Source: Eledone cirrhosa
Taxonomy: Eukaryota
Reading direction: 5' to 3'
Assembly: GCA_964016885.1 (NCBI GenBank)
Contig: OZ024742.1
Location: 42,036,001-42,100,000, forward strand
DNA length: 64,000 nucleotides
The position numbers and the translations under genes are program-made. Positions 38,225-50,674 of the stretch are shown here, in pieces (the stretch's first letter is position 1; every line of letters begins with the position of its first letter). The notes under the pieces were generated by a model that saw nothing but the letters and a program-made list of their open reading frames with translations, did not search any database and was not told the origin of the DNA.

Positions 38225-38474
38225 AAAATTTAAAGACACTTTATTTCACATTGCTCCAGTTTACTCAGCTATAGAAATGAGATGATAGGGACTGGGGTCC
38301 CTATCATTCCACTGCAAAGTGGTCGTGTAGGTGCCACGGCAAAAACCACCCAGCACTCACTGTAAATGAGGTTGGTGTTAGGAAGGGCATCCAGCTGTAG
38401 AAATCAAGCCAGAATCAGTTCCCGTCCCACCCTTGCAAGCAGGGAAAAGTGGACGTAAAATGATGATGATGATG
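38225..38474 (+). mobile_element. SINE family 1, 5'-truncated, inserted in satellite copy B
   Basis: Matches 41766-42052; no equivalent seen in copy A. Confidence 0.8.
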
Positions 38475-39831
38475 GTAAAATCATAGTCGGCTGTGAGCAT
38501 GTTGGAGGTTGGAAAACCATACCACATTAAACTACATCAAACTACACCATACCAAACTACACCATACTACATCACACCATGCTATTAATCTCAGTGAGAA
38601 CATTTTTCTTCCTGTTTTATTTTTTTTCTGTGTGTGCTGACCACCCTATCTGATATCAAAGGTGCTCACAAATGACTATTTTTTTACACATTATCAATGT
38701 ATATAACATGGAAACCTATCATTTGCAATAGGTTCCCATGTCATAACTACAACAATCCAAACCACACCATAGCAAACTGCACCATTCTACATCACACCAT
38801 GCTTTTGATCTCAGTGTGAAAAATTTTCTTCCTGTTTCTTTTTTTTTTATTGTGTGTGTTCTTACCACCCAATCTGACATCAAAGGTGCTGCAATTGACT
38901 ATTTTTTTTCTACTTATCAATAATTATGACATGGAAACCTGTCGAAAATGACTATCTTTGTAGAAACTTCACCAAACCACACCATACTACAGCACACCAA
39001 ACTATTGATTTTGGTGTGGCAAATTTTCATGTGGCATTTTTTTTTTTTTTTTTTTTTTTCTGCTTGACATAAATGGTGCTCACAAATCACTATTTTATGC
39101 ACATATTATCAATGGTTATGACATGGAAACCTGATGAAAATGACTAGCGTTGTAGAAAAAAGAGGGAGAATGTGGGTGGAAATACCCTTTACAAATCTAG
39201 TCATTTTTTATTGCAGCGGAAGTCATATTTTTTTTTAATATGCTAAAAGCATAGTGTACTGCGAGCATCTTGGAAGTTGATAGCACATGCAAAAATGAAG
39301 GAAAAATTTTTTTTATAACATAAATCAAAGTGGAAATTTAAATCCTCATTTATAACAAAACACACCACAACACATTAATCTACCCCAATCCACACCATAT
39401 ACTTCACCATAACCATACTTCACTATATGGTAAATTTATTACAGAACACCTACTCCTACCATTTACATCAAACCAATGCTCGCAGTTGACTATTTTTTTC
39501 ACATATTATGAATGAATATAACTTTGAAACCTATCGTCAATGATTAGCTTTGTAGAAAAATGAAGGCAGAAAGTGGGTGGAAAAACCATTCACAAAGCTA
39601 GTCATTTTTAATTGCAGTGGAAATCATATTTGTTGTTAATATGCTAAAGAAATAGTCAATTGCAAGCATTTTGGAGGTCGGATTAGTTGATAGGACATAA
39701 AAAAACAAAGAAAACAAATATTGTCTATATGTTCCTGTGGAAAGTCGGGGCTTCTGTATTACTGTGTGACGCCAGAGGTCATGGTCGTGTGTCATTGCCC
39801 TTGAGAGGTGCAATTGGGAAAGGTCGGCTTA

Positions 39832-40785
39832 GAAATATTTACTTTTGCGTTCACAGATTGATTTTTTTTTTTTTAGTTTCAGAAGATCCCATTAAGGGTG
39901 AAAGCAGCCAATTTTTTGCTTAAACTTTAATCTGTTATTTTAATAAATATTTGCTCTACGGTTCTTATATAATTGATATATATTTATTCTTATCGAGCCC
40001 TCTTTGGATGTTAGTCTTCAAATGTATTATTATTACTATTTGGTTCCCTTGACTGAGTACTCTATTGACTTATATTCATCATGCAGAAACATCTGAATAT
40101 TTCTACAAAGAACATACCCTTACCAAGCAGGAAGAAATACCTAAAACTACGTCTCCACGAACCAAAGTATCGCCTTCCTGTCTTCCTTCGGTTGCAACCT
40201 TTTTCGAAATATTTACTTCTGTGTTCACAGATTGATTTTTTTTTTTTTAGTTCCAGAAGATCCCATTAAGGGTGAAAGCAGCCGATTCTTTGCTTAAACT
40301 TTAATCTGTTATTTTAACAAATATTTGCTCTACGGTTCTTATATATTTGATATATATTTATCCTTATCGAGCCCTCTTTGGATGTTAGTCTTCAAATTTA
40401 TTATTATTACTATTTGGCTCCCTTGACTTATATTGACTTATATTCATCATGCAGAAACAACATCTGAATATTTCTACAAAGAACATACCCGTACCAAGCA
40501 GGAAGAAATACCTAAAACTACGTCTCCACGAACCAAAATATCGTCTTCCTGTCTTCCGTCGGTTGCAACGTTTTTCGAAATATTTACTTCTGCATTCACA
40601 GATTGATTTTTTTTTAGTTTCAGAAGATCCCATTAAGGGTGAAAGCAGCCGATTTTTTGCTTAAACTTTAATCTGTTATTTTAATAAATATTTGCTCTAC
40701 GGTTCTTATATAATTGATATATATTTATCCCTATTGAGCCCTCTTTGGATTTTAGTCTTCATATGTATTATTATTACTATATATA
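39832..40785 (+). repeat. About 2.6 tandem ~372-bp Penelope pLTR-like units, each with a hammerhead-like motif (39875-39926, 40249-40300, 40616-40667)
   Basis: GAAATATTTACTT landmark at 39832, 40206 and 40577. The units include an ATG followed by STKNIP(L/V)PSRKKYLKL. Confidence 0.8.
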
Positions 40786-40966
40786 TATGGTTGACTTTGC
40801 CTTTCATCCTTACGGGGTCGATAAAATAAAGTACCAGTAATGCACTGGTTAATTGCTGGCCTTGTGCCTAAAGTAGAAACAATTGTTACTATATATATAT
40901 ATATATATATATATAATGTGTGTGTGTGTGTATATATTAGTTTATATATATGTGTGTGTATATATA

Positions 40967-41667
40967 TATAACGGCGGCAAAGATTCGAAACTGAATCTGA
41001 GCTTTCCCGCCTCTGGGACAAGCCGTGGTAACTTGTTTATATGCTCAAGAGACTAACCCCTTGGGAGAGGCTAAACACAGGTCAGAGGTGTTTACGCCCG
41101 ACAGAAAATAGGTCAGAGGATATATCCATCTTTCTGACTTGGTTACGCTTGGCAAACTAATCCCTTGGGAGACTAACCAAAGTTCAGAGGATATATCTAT
41201 CCTTCTAACTTCAACTCTTATAAATACAGGGATTGTTTACACCTCGAATAGAAAAGAAGTGATATACAGACAAGACAAGTCGCATTTACAAGCCCTCGTC
41301 ACGAAAAACCAGTCTGCCACTTATTCTCACCTTCCTGGCTGATCGCTGACTCCTGCAATACAAATAAGTAAATATACTGATACGCCGCACACACGCATTT
41401 GTACAAGCACCATTCATTTCTGTTTACACATATTATAATCTTATTCTGTGATACTTGAATTTACGTGGCTCGAAGAGCCACCAAATTATTGTATGAATAT
41501 TTTGTGTTATTGATTTTATCATTCAATATTCAAATTGAATATTGTTATAATAAAATAAACTTTGTAACAACACAATCCTGGTATTTTTCTTTACATCGAA
41601 ACCACCATACCAACAGTTACATCATCCATCCACTTATCGTTACAACCACACATAATATTCCGTTACA
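40967..41667 (+). mobile_element. Solo LTR (~700 bp) in a (TA)n tract
   Basis: Termini TATAACGG...CCGTTACA, internal TATAAATA near 41219 and AATAAA. A second copy is at 6943-7275. Confidence 0.7.
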
Positions 41668-41691
41668 TATATATATATATACATACATATT

Positions 41692-42052
41692 GAGAGCATT
41701 GGCCTTGCAATCGAAAGGTTGTGAGTTCAATTCTCACACCGGGTGATGTGTTGTTTCCTTGAGCAAGACACTTTATTTCACATTGCTCCAGTTTACTCAG
41801 CTGTAGAAATGAGATGATAGGACTGGGGTCCCTATCATTCCACTGCAAAGTGTCGTGGAGGTGCCACGGCAAAAAAGCACCCAGCCCACACTGTAAAGTG
41901 GATGTGGAGGTGCCACGGGAAAAAAGCACCCAGCACTCACTGTAAATGAGGTTGGTGTTAGGAAGGGTATCCAGCTGTAGAAATCAAGCCAGAATCAGTT
42001 CCCGTCCCACCCTTGCAAGCAGGGAAAAAGTGGACGTAAAATGAAATGATGA
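41692..42052 (+). mobile_element. tRNA-derived SINE family 1 with RTE-type tail
   Basis: B box GAGTTCAATTC, body CCTTGAGCAAGACACTT, tail GGAAGGGTATCCAGCTGTAG. Confidence 0.75.
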
Positions 42053-42057
42053 ATGCT

Positions 42058-42370
42058 CCCAGCTGTGGCCACCCCCATAGTATCAAACTAACCATGGAGC
42101 TTGAAGCTACACCAAGAAGGTTGCCACGATGGAGATAAACTACTTGGAGAGTCTAAAAGAACTGAAACTCTACTCCTCGGAATGAAGACGGGAGAGATAT
42201 GCAATGATATACATATGGAAAATCCTAGGGGGACTAAGACCAAACTTTCACATTGAGAGCTGGACCAATTCTCGAACAGGACGTCACTGTGTGGTACCAA
42301 AGGTCCCGTCTTCCACATCTAGAATCAGGAGCAGCTATTGCAATAGCCTGGGGTTCAAAGGCCCTCAACT
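42058..42370 (+). mobile_element. CR1-like LINE 3' ORF fragment
   Basis: LKELKLYS..RRERYAMIYIWKIL...RTGRHC; a paralogue is at 49850-50395. Confidence 0.7.
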
Positions 42371-42440
42371 TGGTTTTCAAAATTTAAATTTGTGTTTCCT
42401 ATTCATCAATGCTTCAAGCAAGCTATAAAACTGTTATATT

Positions 42441-42822
42441 TCATCATCATCATTTTATGTCAGTTCTTCTACGCTAGCATGGGTTGTCCTGTTGTGGGCA
42501 GTGTCCGGTTGGATGACCTTGTCTTGCTCATACGGGAACTGATTCTGTCTTGATTTCTACAGCTGGATGCCCTTCCTAACACCAACCTCATTTACAGTGA
42601 GTGCTGGGTGTTTTTTGTTTTTGCCGTGGCACCTCCACGACCACTTTGCAGTGGAATGATAGGGACCCCAGTCCTATCATCTCATTTCTACAGCTGAGTA
42701 AACTGGAACAATGTGAAATAAAGTGTCGTGCTCAAGGAAACAACACATCACCCGGTCCGAGAATTAAACTCACAACCTTTCAATTGCAAGCCCAATGCTC
42801 TAACCACTGAGCCATGTACCTT
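42441..42822 (-). mobile_element. SINE family 1, inverted relative to 41692-42052
   Basis: The reverse complement matches head, body and (GAT)n tail. Confidence 0.75.
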
Positions 42823-42839
42823 CTATTGTTGGCAATGTT

Positions 42840-43805
42840 AGGTCAGGTGACCATGTCTTGCTCATAACGAACTGATTTTGGCTTGGTTTCTACAGCTGGA
42901 TGCCCTTCCTAATGCCAAGCTCATTTACAGTGAGTAGTGGGTATTTTTTGTTGTGATTCCTCCACGACTACTTTACAGTGTGGACTGGGTGTTTTTTACC
43001 GTGTCACCATCACGACCACTTTACAGTGTTTCGGCCTGTTCTCATGAAAGATATATTGGCGGGTGGGATGGAGTGGTGCATACTGTATGTATGTTTCAGC
43101 CTTGGCCTGGGCCCGTGGGAAGTTGGGGTTTCTGTATTACCTCATAACGCCAGAGATCTTGGTCCTGTGTCATTGCCTTTCAGAGGTGCAATTGGGCAAG
43201 GTCGGCTTTTATCACTTCATCTCAAGTCTTTCTGGGACTTTATGTAGCTGTCATCCTTCATACGAATCACATGTCCATACCAACATAATCTCCTCTCCTG
43301 CACACAACATTTGATTCCTCTTATGCCTAGTTTCTCTTTCAGTTTGTTTATGCTTCGCTGTTCGCGTATATTACTATTACACATCCATCGGAGGATACAA
43401 GCTTCATTCCTTTCTAATCTACACAAGTCTTCTACACACAGCGCCCAGCTCTCACTACCATGCAACATTGCCGTTCATATGCACACATCATACAGTCTAC
43501 CTTTTATTCTGAGGGAAAAGCCTTTTGTATCCAGCTGTGGCAGTAGCTCCCTCAACTTCTTCCATCCCGTTCTTTCAGAACACCCCCTCCGCTGCTAATT
43601 CGGTATTGTTTTTACCAAGTCCTCCCAGACTTTGATGTCACTTGTTTTCAATGATTGTTTGCTGCTTACTGTCCTGGTGCAACTGCTACATGTAAAGCCT
43701 ACATTCTTAACTAAACTTTCTGAGATCCCACTACATCTCTTGTGTACCCATAGTTTGCATATGGGACAGAGGATGGAGTTTCTACCTACACCTCTCCTAC
43801 ATAAT
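42840..43805 (-). mobile_element. Older, diverged RTE family B-like 3' fragment
   Basis: GVGRNSILCPICKLWVHKRC, MLHGSESW and RRLCWYGHV in broken frames. Confidence 0.8.
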
Positions 43806-43808
43806 GAG

Positions 43809-43840
<32 letters not shown>

Positions 43841-43866
43841 CACACACTCACATATATATATATATA

Positions 43867-44700
43867 TACTAGCCGAATTAGCGCCTTGCTGCGTTTCACA
43901 CATTTTTTTTGTAAGAAAATGATGATTGATTTTAAATCAGTGATATAATTTATGGAGAAAAACTCAATATTACTCAATGTAAAATATAATGCATGAAAAA
44001 TTGGAAAACATCATTTTTTGTAATATATCAAATCAAAATTGCATTATTAAATCTTATTATTTTGTTTCTTGTAAATAATTTTCTTCAAAATATCAATTGA
44101 AAACTTTTGTGAATAGGCATCATATCTTGTCATTTACCTATGGTTTAAGTTTTATATAAAACGAAAGGGAAAAGTTTTCAGCGGGGGTTTGTACCCCCGG
44201 GGAACCCTAATAGGGGGTTTAACCACCATTAAGGTGTCTAATAGTATTGAAATTTTGTGAATAGGCATCATATCTCTTCATTTATCTATGGTTTAAAATG
44301 CATATAAATCGAACCGAAAAAATTTTCAGCAGGGATTTTGTGCCCCCTGGTGAACCCTAATAGGGGGTTTATCCCCCATTAGGGTATTGTAATTTATTGA
44401 AATTTGCTGAAATGATGTGAATAGGCATCATATCTTGTCGTTTACCTATGGTTTAAATTGCATATAAATCGAAGGTAAAGTTTCAGCGGCGGTTTTGTGC
44501 CCCCGATGAACCCTTTGATTAAAATGAAATATACTTATACAAGTACCCTGGGCAATGTAGTTTCAGAATATATATGGTTATGGGGGTCTATCTCCAAAAC
44601 CATAGGAGGAGTTCGTAAAATCTTGTTCCATTTATTAGCCAAACTTTTCACTATAGGGCGTTTAACCCCCATTAGGGAATCTTAATATTATTGAAATTTG
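43867..44700. repeat. Unclassified element with 3 internal repeats of about 150-160 bp (possibly a Helitron/Helentron-type non-autonomous element)
   Basis: TGTGAATAGGCATCATATCT recurs at about 44108, 44256 and 44417; the element begins TACTAG. Confidence 0.45.
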
Positions 44701-44717
44701 CACACACACACACACAC

Positions 44718-47700
44718 ATCATCATCATCATCATCATCAACGTTTAACGTCCGTGTTCCACGCTTGCATGGGTTTGGACGGGGGTAGTCCCACTTGAGGC
44801 AAGAGTGATTGTCTTGCTCGCATAGGACTGTCTGGCAGGTTTTCTACAGTTGGATGCCCTTCCTAACACCAACCACATTTACAGTGTGGGTCTGGGAGGT
44901 TTTTACCGTGTTGCCTACACGGCCACATTACAGCGTGGACTGTGTGTTTTTTTGTCGTGACACCTACACGATCTCATTTGTTTCGGCCTGGATGGCGCGG
45001 CACCAACATAACTTTACATAGAACGGGGTGGTGTGGATGGGGTGGGGGTGGTGGGACGGGGTGTATTTTGTTAGAGATGCCTACTGGCTGTAGTAGGTTT
45101 TACTATGTATTTAGGTAAGGCGGGTCTTCTCTGTTACTGAGTACCGCCAAAGGTCTCGGTCCAGTGACATTGTCTTGGAGAGGTGTAAGTGTGTGAGGTC
45201 GGAGTTTATCAGCTCGTCCCAGGTTTTTCTAGGTCTGCCTATTCCATGGCTACCGTCTATCTTTATTGCCCTGCACTTTGTTATACAGCTATCGACTTTC
45301 ATGCGCATCACGTGACCATACCAACGTAGTCTTCTCTCAAGTAAACAACATCTGATCCCTCTTATTTCTAATTTTTCCCTTAGTTCGTTTATGCTTTGCC
45401 GTTCACGTATATTACTGTTACACATCCAGTGGAGCATGCAAGCTTCGTTCCTCTCTAGTCTGCATATATCCTCTGCACACAATGCCCAGGTCTCACTGCC
45501 ATGCAACATTGCTGTTCGTATGCAGGCGTCGTACAACCTGCCTTTCATTTTTAGGGAGAACCCTTTAGCAGCTAATAGTGGTATAAGCTCTCTGAATTTT
45601 TTCCAACCAGTTCTGACTCTAGCTACTGTACTTTCAGGGCACCCTCCCCCACTGCTGATTTTATCGCCCAGGTAACGGAAGCTGTCCACTATTTCTATAG
45701 AACCCTCTGCGCAATTGAAAGAGCTAGTATTTTGTGGGCACTTGCTGCTACTTATTGCACCAGAGCACCGGCCACATGTAAAATCTATGTTCTTAGTTAG
45801 CTTACCTGTGATCCCACTACATCTTTTATGCACCCATACTTTGCATTTAGGACATAAAATGGAGTTCCTACCTACGCCTTTCCTACACACTGAGCATGAC
45901 CACTTCCCAGAAGGGACTGCCGCCTTATTTTCTTTCCTACAAACTAGAACTTTAGTCTTAGCCAGGTTAATTTTAAGTCCTTTTGATTCTAGGCCATGCT
46001 TCCATGTTTGGAATTTCTTCTCTAGCTCGGCCATTGATTCAGCTATGAGTGTCAGGTCGTCTGCGTATAGGAGTTCCCATGGGCAGCCGGTCTTGAACTC
46101 CTCTGTTATAGCCTGAAGGGCAATAATAAATAGTAAGGGGCTGAGAACAGAGCCCTGATGGACGCCAACTTTTACGCTAAACTCTTCACTATATTCGTTG
46201 TTAATTCTAACCTTGCTGACTGTTTCTTTATACATGGCTTGTATAGCTCTCACATGCCATTTGTCAACGCCTAGTTTTCTAAGAGCCCACCAGATAATGG
46301 AGCGGGGGACTCTGTCGAAGGCTTTCTCCAAGTCGACAAAAGCTAAGTAGAGGGGTTTACCTTTAGCTAGGTACTTCTCCTGTAGTTGTCGTACAATGAA
46401 AAGAGCGTCTGTGGTACTTTTGCCTGACACAAACCCGAACTGCATTTCATCTAGGTCAATTCTCTCTCTGATTAGTTGCGCTATTACTTTTTCCGTGACC
46501 TTCATGACCTGGTCAATTAATTTAATGCCTCTATAGTTACTCCTATCTAGGGCGTCTCCTTTACCCTTATAACAGTTAACGATGATGCTGCTATGCCAGT
46601 CCTTCGGAACAACCCCATTCTGTACGACTTGGTTAACTATGCGGGTGACCATGGTGTGTCCCACCGTGCCAGATGCCTTCAGCATCTCAGCAACAATTTC
46701 CGAAGGCCCAGCCGCCTTACCCGTCTTCATATCCTTGATTGCCTTACTTATTATACTCCCCTCGACTAACACTGCTGGTCCCTCTATTGGGTCGATATGG
46801 GGGAGACTGTCTTTCTCCCATTTATTCTCCTCATTTAGTAGCCTTTCATAGTGACACTTCCAAGCTACCTTCTTATCAGCGTCGGTGATGGCAAGTATGC
46901 CATCATCGTTAAGTACACACTTCTCCCCGACAATATCACGGTTTTCCTTGACGCATTGCCTAGCAATCTTGAACACCTCACGTTTTTGGTCCTCGCGTTG
47001 TAGAACATGCTTGAACTTTCTTTCCTCTGCTTCCCTTCTTGCTAAGTACACTTGTCTCCTAGCTTCCCTCCTGGCCACTTGATAGTCTTCTCTACTTCCC
47101 CCATCCCGCCATACTTTCCAAGCCTGCTTTTTGGCCTTAATTGACCCCTCCACCTTACTGTTCCACCACCATGTTACTCTCCTCCTGCCTACAGGCCTGC
47201 TCCAGCCACAGACTTCGTCTGTCGCCATCAGCAGGTTTGATTTCAGAAATTCCCACTGTCCCTCTATATTGTCCGACTCTAAATGTTCTTCCTTACTGTC
47301 GAAAGCATCAAGTAATATGCTTTGAAATTTATTTCTGGCTGTGGGGTCCTTTAGCTTCCATATTTTTCTCCTGAGGATAGTCCTCTTCTGCTATCGAGTA
47401 CATCTCGTCCTGACTATGAGGTCGCTAATTATCAGTCTATGTTGGTAGGTGCATTCTTCATGGGGGAGGGATTTAGTGTTTCCAACAGACACTCTGTCAC
47501 GTCTTCTGGTAAGGATATAATCTACCTGGCTTGTGTTCCCCGGATCTATAGGTGATCAGGTGATTGTCACGTTTTTTGAAATTAGTGTTACAGATAGTTA
47601 GGTTATTTGCGTCACAGAATTCCAGGATTCTGGAGCCTTCCTCATTTCTAGTACCAAACCCATAGCCTCCATGGATTTTGTCGTAGCCGTCACAATGTTG

Positions 47701-48030
47701 TCCAACGTGACCATTTAGGTCGCCTGCAATAATTATATAGTCACTGTCGGATATTTGGGAGGTAGTTAGCATCAGTGTCTCATAGAATCTGTCTTTTATA
47801 GTGCCGGGCAGTCCGGATTGGGGTGCGTACGCAGATATTACTGTCACCGTAGTTCTATTGAGGACAAGTCGTATTTTAATTATTCTGTCGTTCACTCTAT
47901 TTACGTCTATTATCTTATCTGCCCACTTTTCTGCTACCATGATTCCTACTCCACCCAGCCCATCGTCGTTTCCCACCCAGAAAAGCTTATAACATCGTTT
48001 TTTACCCTCAATGAATCTAGCAGACCCACC
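44718..48030 (-). mobile_element. RTE family B LINE, longest copy (APE endonuclease frameshifted, 705-aa RT ORF open), 5'-truncated
   Basis: ORFs 47497-47976 (GVGI, SAYAPQ, GDLNGHVG) and 45111-47228 (RT plus PHD-like finger); 3' UTR and (ATG)n tail. Confidence 0.92.
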
Positions 48031-48050
48031 ATATATATATATATATATAT

Positions 48051-48208
48051 ATAGGAACGAGTAGGACCCCGATGGCTGAGCTCAAGCTGTTTCGACGGCT
48101 AATTCTGGACTAAAAAATAAAAAAAAAAATTTTTTTTATTTGTTTTTAGTCCAGAATTAGCCGTCAAAACGGCTTGAGCTCAGCCGTCGGGGTCCTACTC
48201 ATTCCTAT
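48051..48208. repeat. Near-perfect 158-bp palindrome (MITE-like)
   Basis: ATAGGAACGAGTAGGACCCCGA...CTGGACTAAAAA mirrored by TTTTTAGTCCAG...TCGGGGTCCTACTCATTCCTAT. Confidence 0.85.
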
Positions 48209-48708
48209 TATCCACTCTACTGCCCTAAGTATTGAGTACTTTGGTGCGTTATGGTCCACCTGGTTCCTTACCACATTTCCTTCGTTCACTCACTCACTCT
48301 CTGTTTCTCCCCTTCTTACTTCCTCCCGTTCGCTACGAAAACGATTTTCCTTCTTTCTAACATCGGATTCACTAGCGGAAGGTCTGTTTCTAACTCGCAC
48401 ATATATTCACACAGCTTATGCTGATAGAATAACCATGTTGCTTGTGTTTCTTTCCATCTTCGGTTAGCTTTCCCCTGTGTTGTTTACTTGTCTCACTCGC
48501 TTTACGCGTTTCAATTGTCCTAATAACTTATTTTAGTTATTTTCGCACAAACGTGAGGTATGTGATTTTTAATGCGATGAAATACCAATGATCGTTGGCA
48601 AATCACTGATGAGGGACTCATTTTATAACATGTTATCCATGTGCAACCATGCAGTATTCTTCTCCCCATATTTTTCATATATATATATATATATATATAT
48701 ACACAAAA

Positions 48709-48757
<49 letters not shown>

Positions 48758-48805
48758 AAAACACATACACATATATATATATATATACACAAACACACAC
48801 ACACA

Positions 48806-49500
48806 TCATCATCATCATCATCATCAACGTTTAACGTCCGTGTTCCACGCTTGCATGGGTTTGGACGGGGGTAGTCCCACTTGAGGCAAGAGTGATTGTC
48901 TTGCTCGCATAGGACTGTCTGGCAGGTTTTCTACAGTTGGATGCCCTTCCTAACACCAACCACATTTACAGTGTGGGTCTGGGAGGTTTTTACCGTGTTG
49001 CCTACACGGCCACATTACAGCGTGGACTGTGCGTTTTTTTGTCGTGACACCTACACGATCTCATCCGCTTCGGCCCGGATGGCGCGGCACCAACATAACT
49101 TTACATAGAACGGGGTGGTGTGGATGGGGTGGGGGTGGTGGTGGTGGGACGGGGTGTATTTTGTTAGAGATGCCTACTGGCTGTAGTAGGTTTTAGTATG
49201 TATTTAGGTAAGGCGGGTCTTCTCTGTTACTGAGTACCGCCAAAGGTCTCGGTCCAGTGACATTGTCTTGGAGAGGTGTAAGTGTGTGAGGTCGGAGTTT
49301 ATCAGCTCGTCCCAGGTTTTTCTAGGTCTGCCTATTCCGTGGCTACCGTCTATCTTTATTGCCCTGCACTTTGTTATACAGCTATCGACTTTCATGCGCA
49401 TCACGTGTCCATACCAACGTAGCCTTCTCTCGAGTAAACAACATCTGATCCCTCTTATTTCTAATTTTTTCCTTAGTTCGTTTATGCTTTGCCGTTCACA
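48806..49500 (-). mobile_element. RTE family B 3' fragment
   Basis: Near-identical to 44718-45410. Confidence 0.9.
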
Positions 49501-49849
49501 TATATATATATATATATACACACACATACACAAACACACACACACATATTTATATCTTTTAGCAGAGCATTTTAATATTGCCACTCAATGAAAACCCTTT
49601 GTTTGGAATAAATGAATCTTGAAAATTAGGAGTGCCTGTCAGTGTGTATGTGTTTGTCTACTTAGCATCAATTTACTACCCTCCCCTACCACCAGAAAAT
49701 GTATAAATACCACCATATTACATTGACGGTCGGCTTTTCTGATGATTTCCTCCGAATGAAACAGTTCTAGTCCTGTTGAAGCCATTTCTATATTAAATAT
49801 ATATATATACTTTTTTAGCTGTTCCAGCCATCCGGCTGAGACCATGATT

Positions 49850-50395
49850 GGGCACTGCCCTTGTTGCTACACATTCTATCTCCAGCCTGTGTTGGCTGGC
49901 CATTGATGTAAGAGGGAGTTTGTTGCTGCTGCCCTTAGGTTACCTTCGTACCGTGATGTGGGCTCATCCGGAATCCTGGATAACAGGGTGTTGAGAAGTT
50001 TCTTGAAAATATCCACGGCCACACCATGTAGATCTCTCAAATCCCTCAGCAGTTTGTTGAAGAATTGAGGGCCTGTGAACCCCAGTCTATTGCAATATCT
50101 GCTTCTTGTTCTAGATGTGGAAGACGGGACCTTTGTCACCACACAGTGACGTCCTGTTCGGGGGTTGGTCCCACTCTCAATACCAAAGTTTGGCGCTAGT
50201 CCCTCCAGGATTTTCCATATGTATATCACTGCATATCTCTGCCATCTTCATTCCAAGGAGTAGAGTTTCAGTTCTTTTAGCCTCTCCCAGTAGCTCATCT
50301 CCTTCATCGTGCAATCCTCTTGGTGTAGCTTCGTTGGATTGTCTCAAGTTCCGTGGTTAGTTTGATACTATGGGGTGACCACAGCTGGGAGCAAT
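49850..50395 (-). mobile_element. CR1-like LINE 3' fragment
   Basis: ORF 49876-50229 IYIWKILEGLAPN...FKKLLNTLLSRIPDEP. Confidence 0.75.
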
Positions 50396-50674
50396 AGTCC
50401 AGGGGTCTTAGGACAAATGGCATTCATAGTATCAACATGGTCTCGCGGTCTCTTATATAGAAAACCTCAAATAAAAAGTCAAGATTTGTTTCGATTTAAC
50501 AGAGCAGAAAGAATTTGCGTCAGAATATTCCAACCAATCCAGCCTATATCAGCTGAATAAATATGTATATGGATATATATATATACACACCCACATGCAC
50601 ATATATATATATACACACACATGCACGCACACACCCATATATATACACACACACATACATACACGCATGCATAC

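Larger units (their letters stand above)
33888..40785 (+). repeat. Long direct repeat, copy B (hexamer array 33888-35790, satellite 35860-39720, pLTR-like tandem)
   Basis: Collinear with 22186-27740. Confidence 0.9.

Noticed and set aside
41692-41750. tRNA gene
   Set aside because: Only a B-box-like SINE head; no complete cloverleaf.
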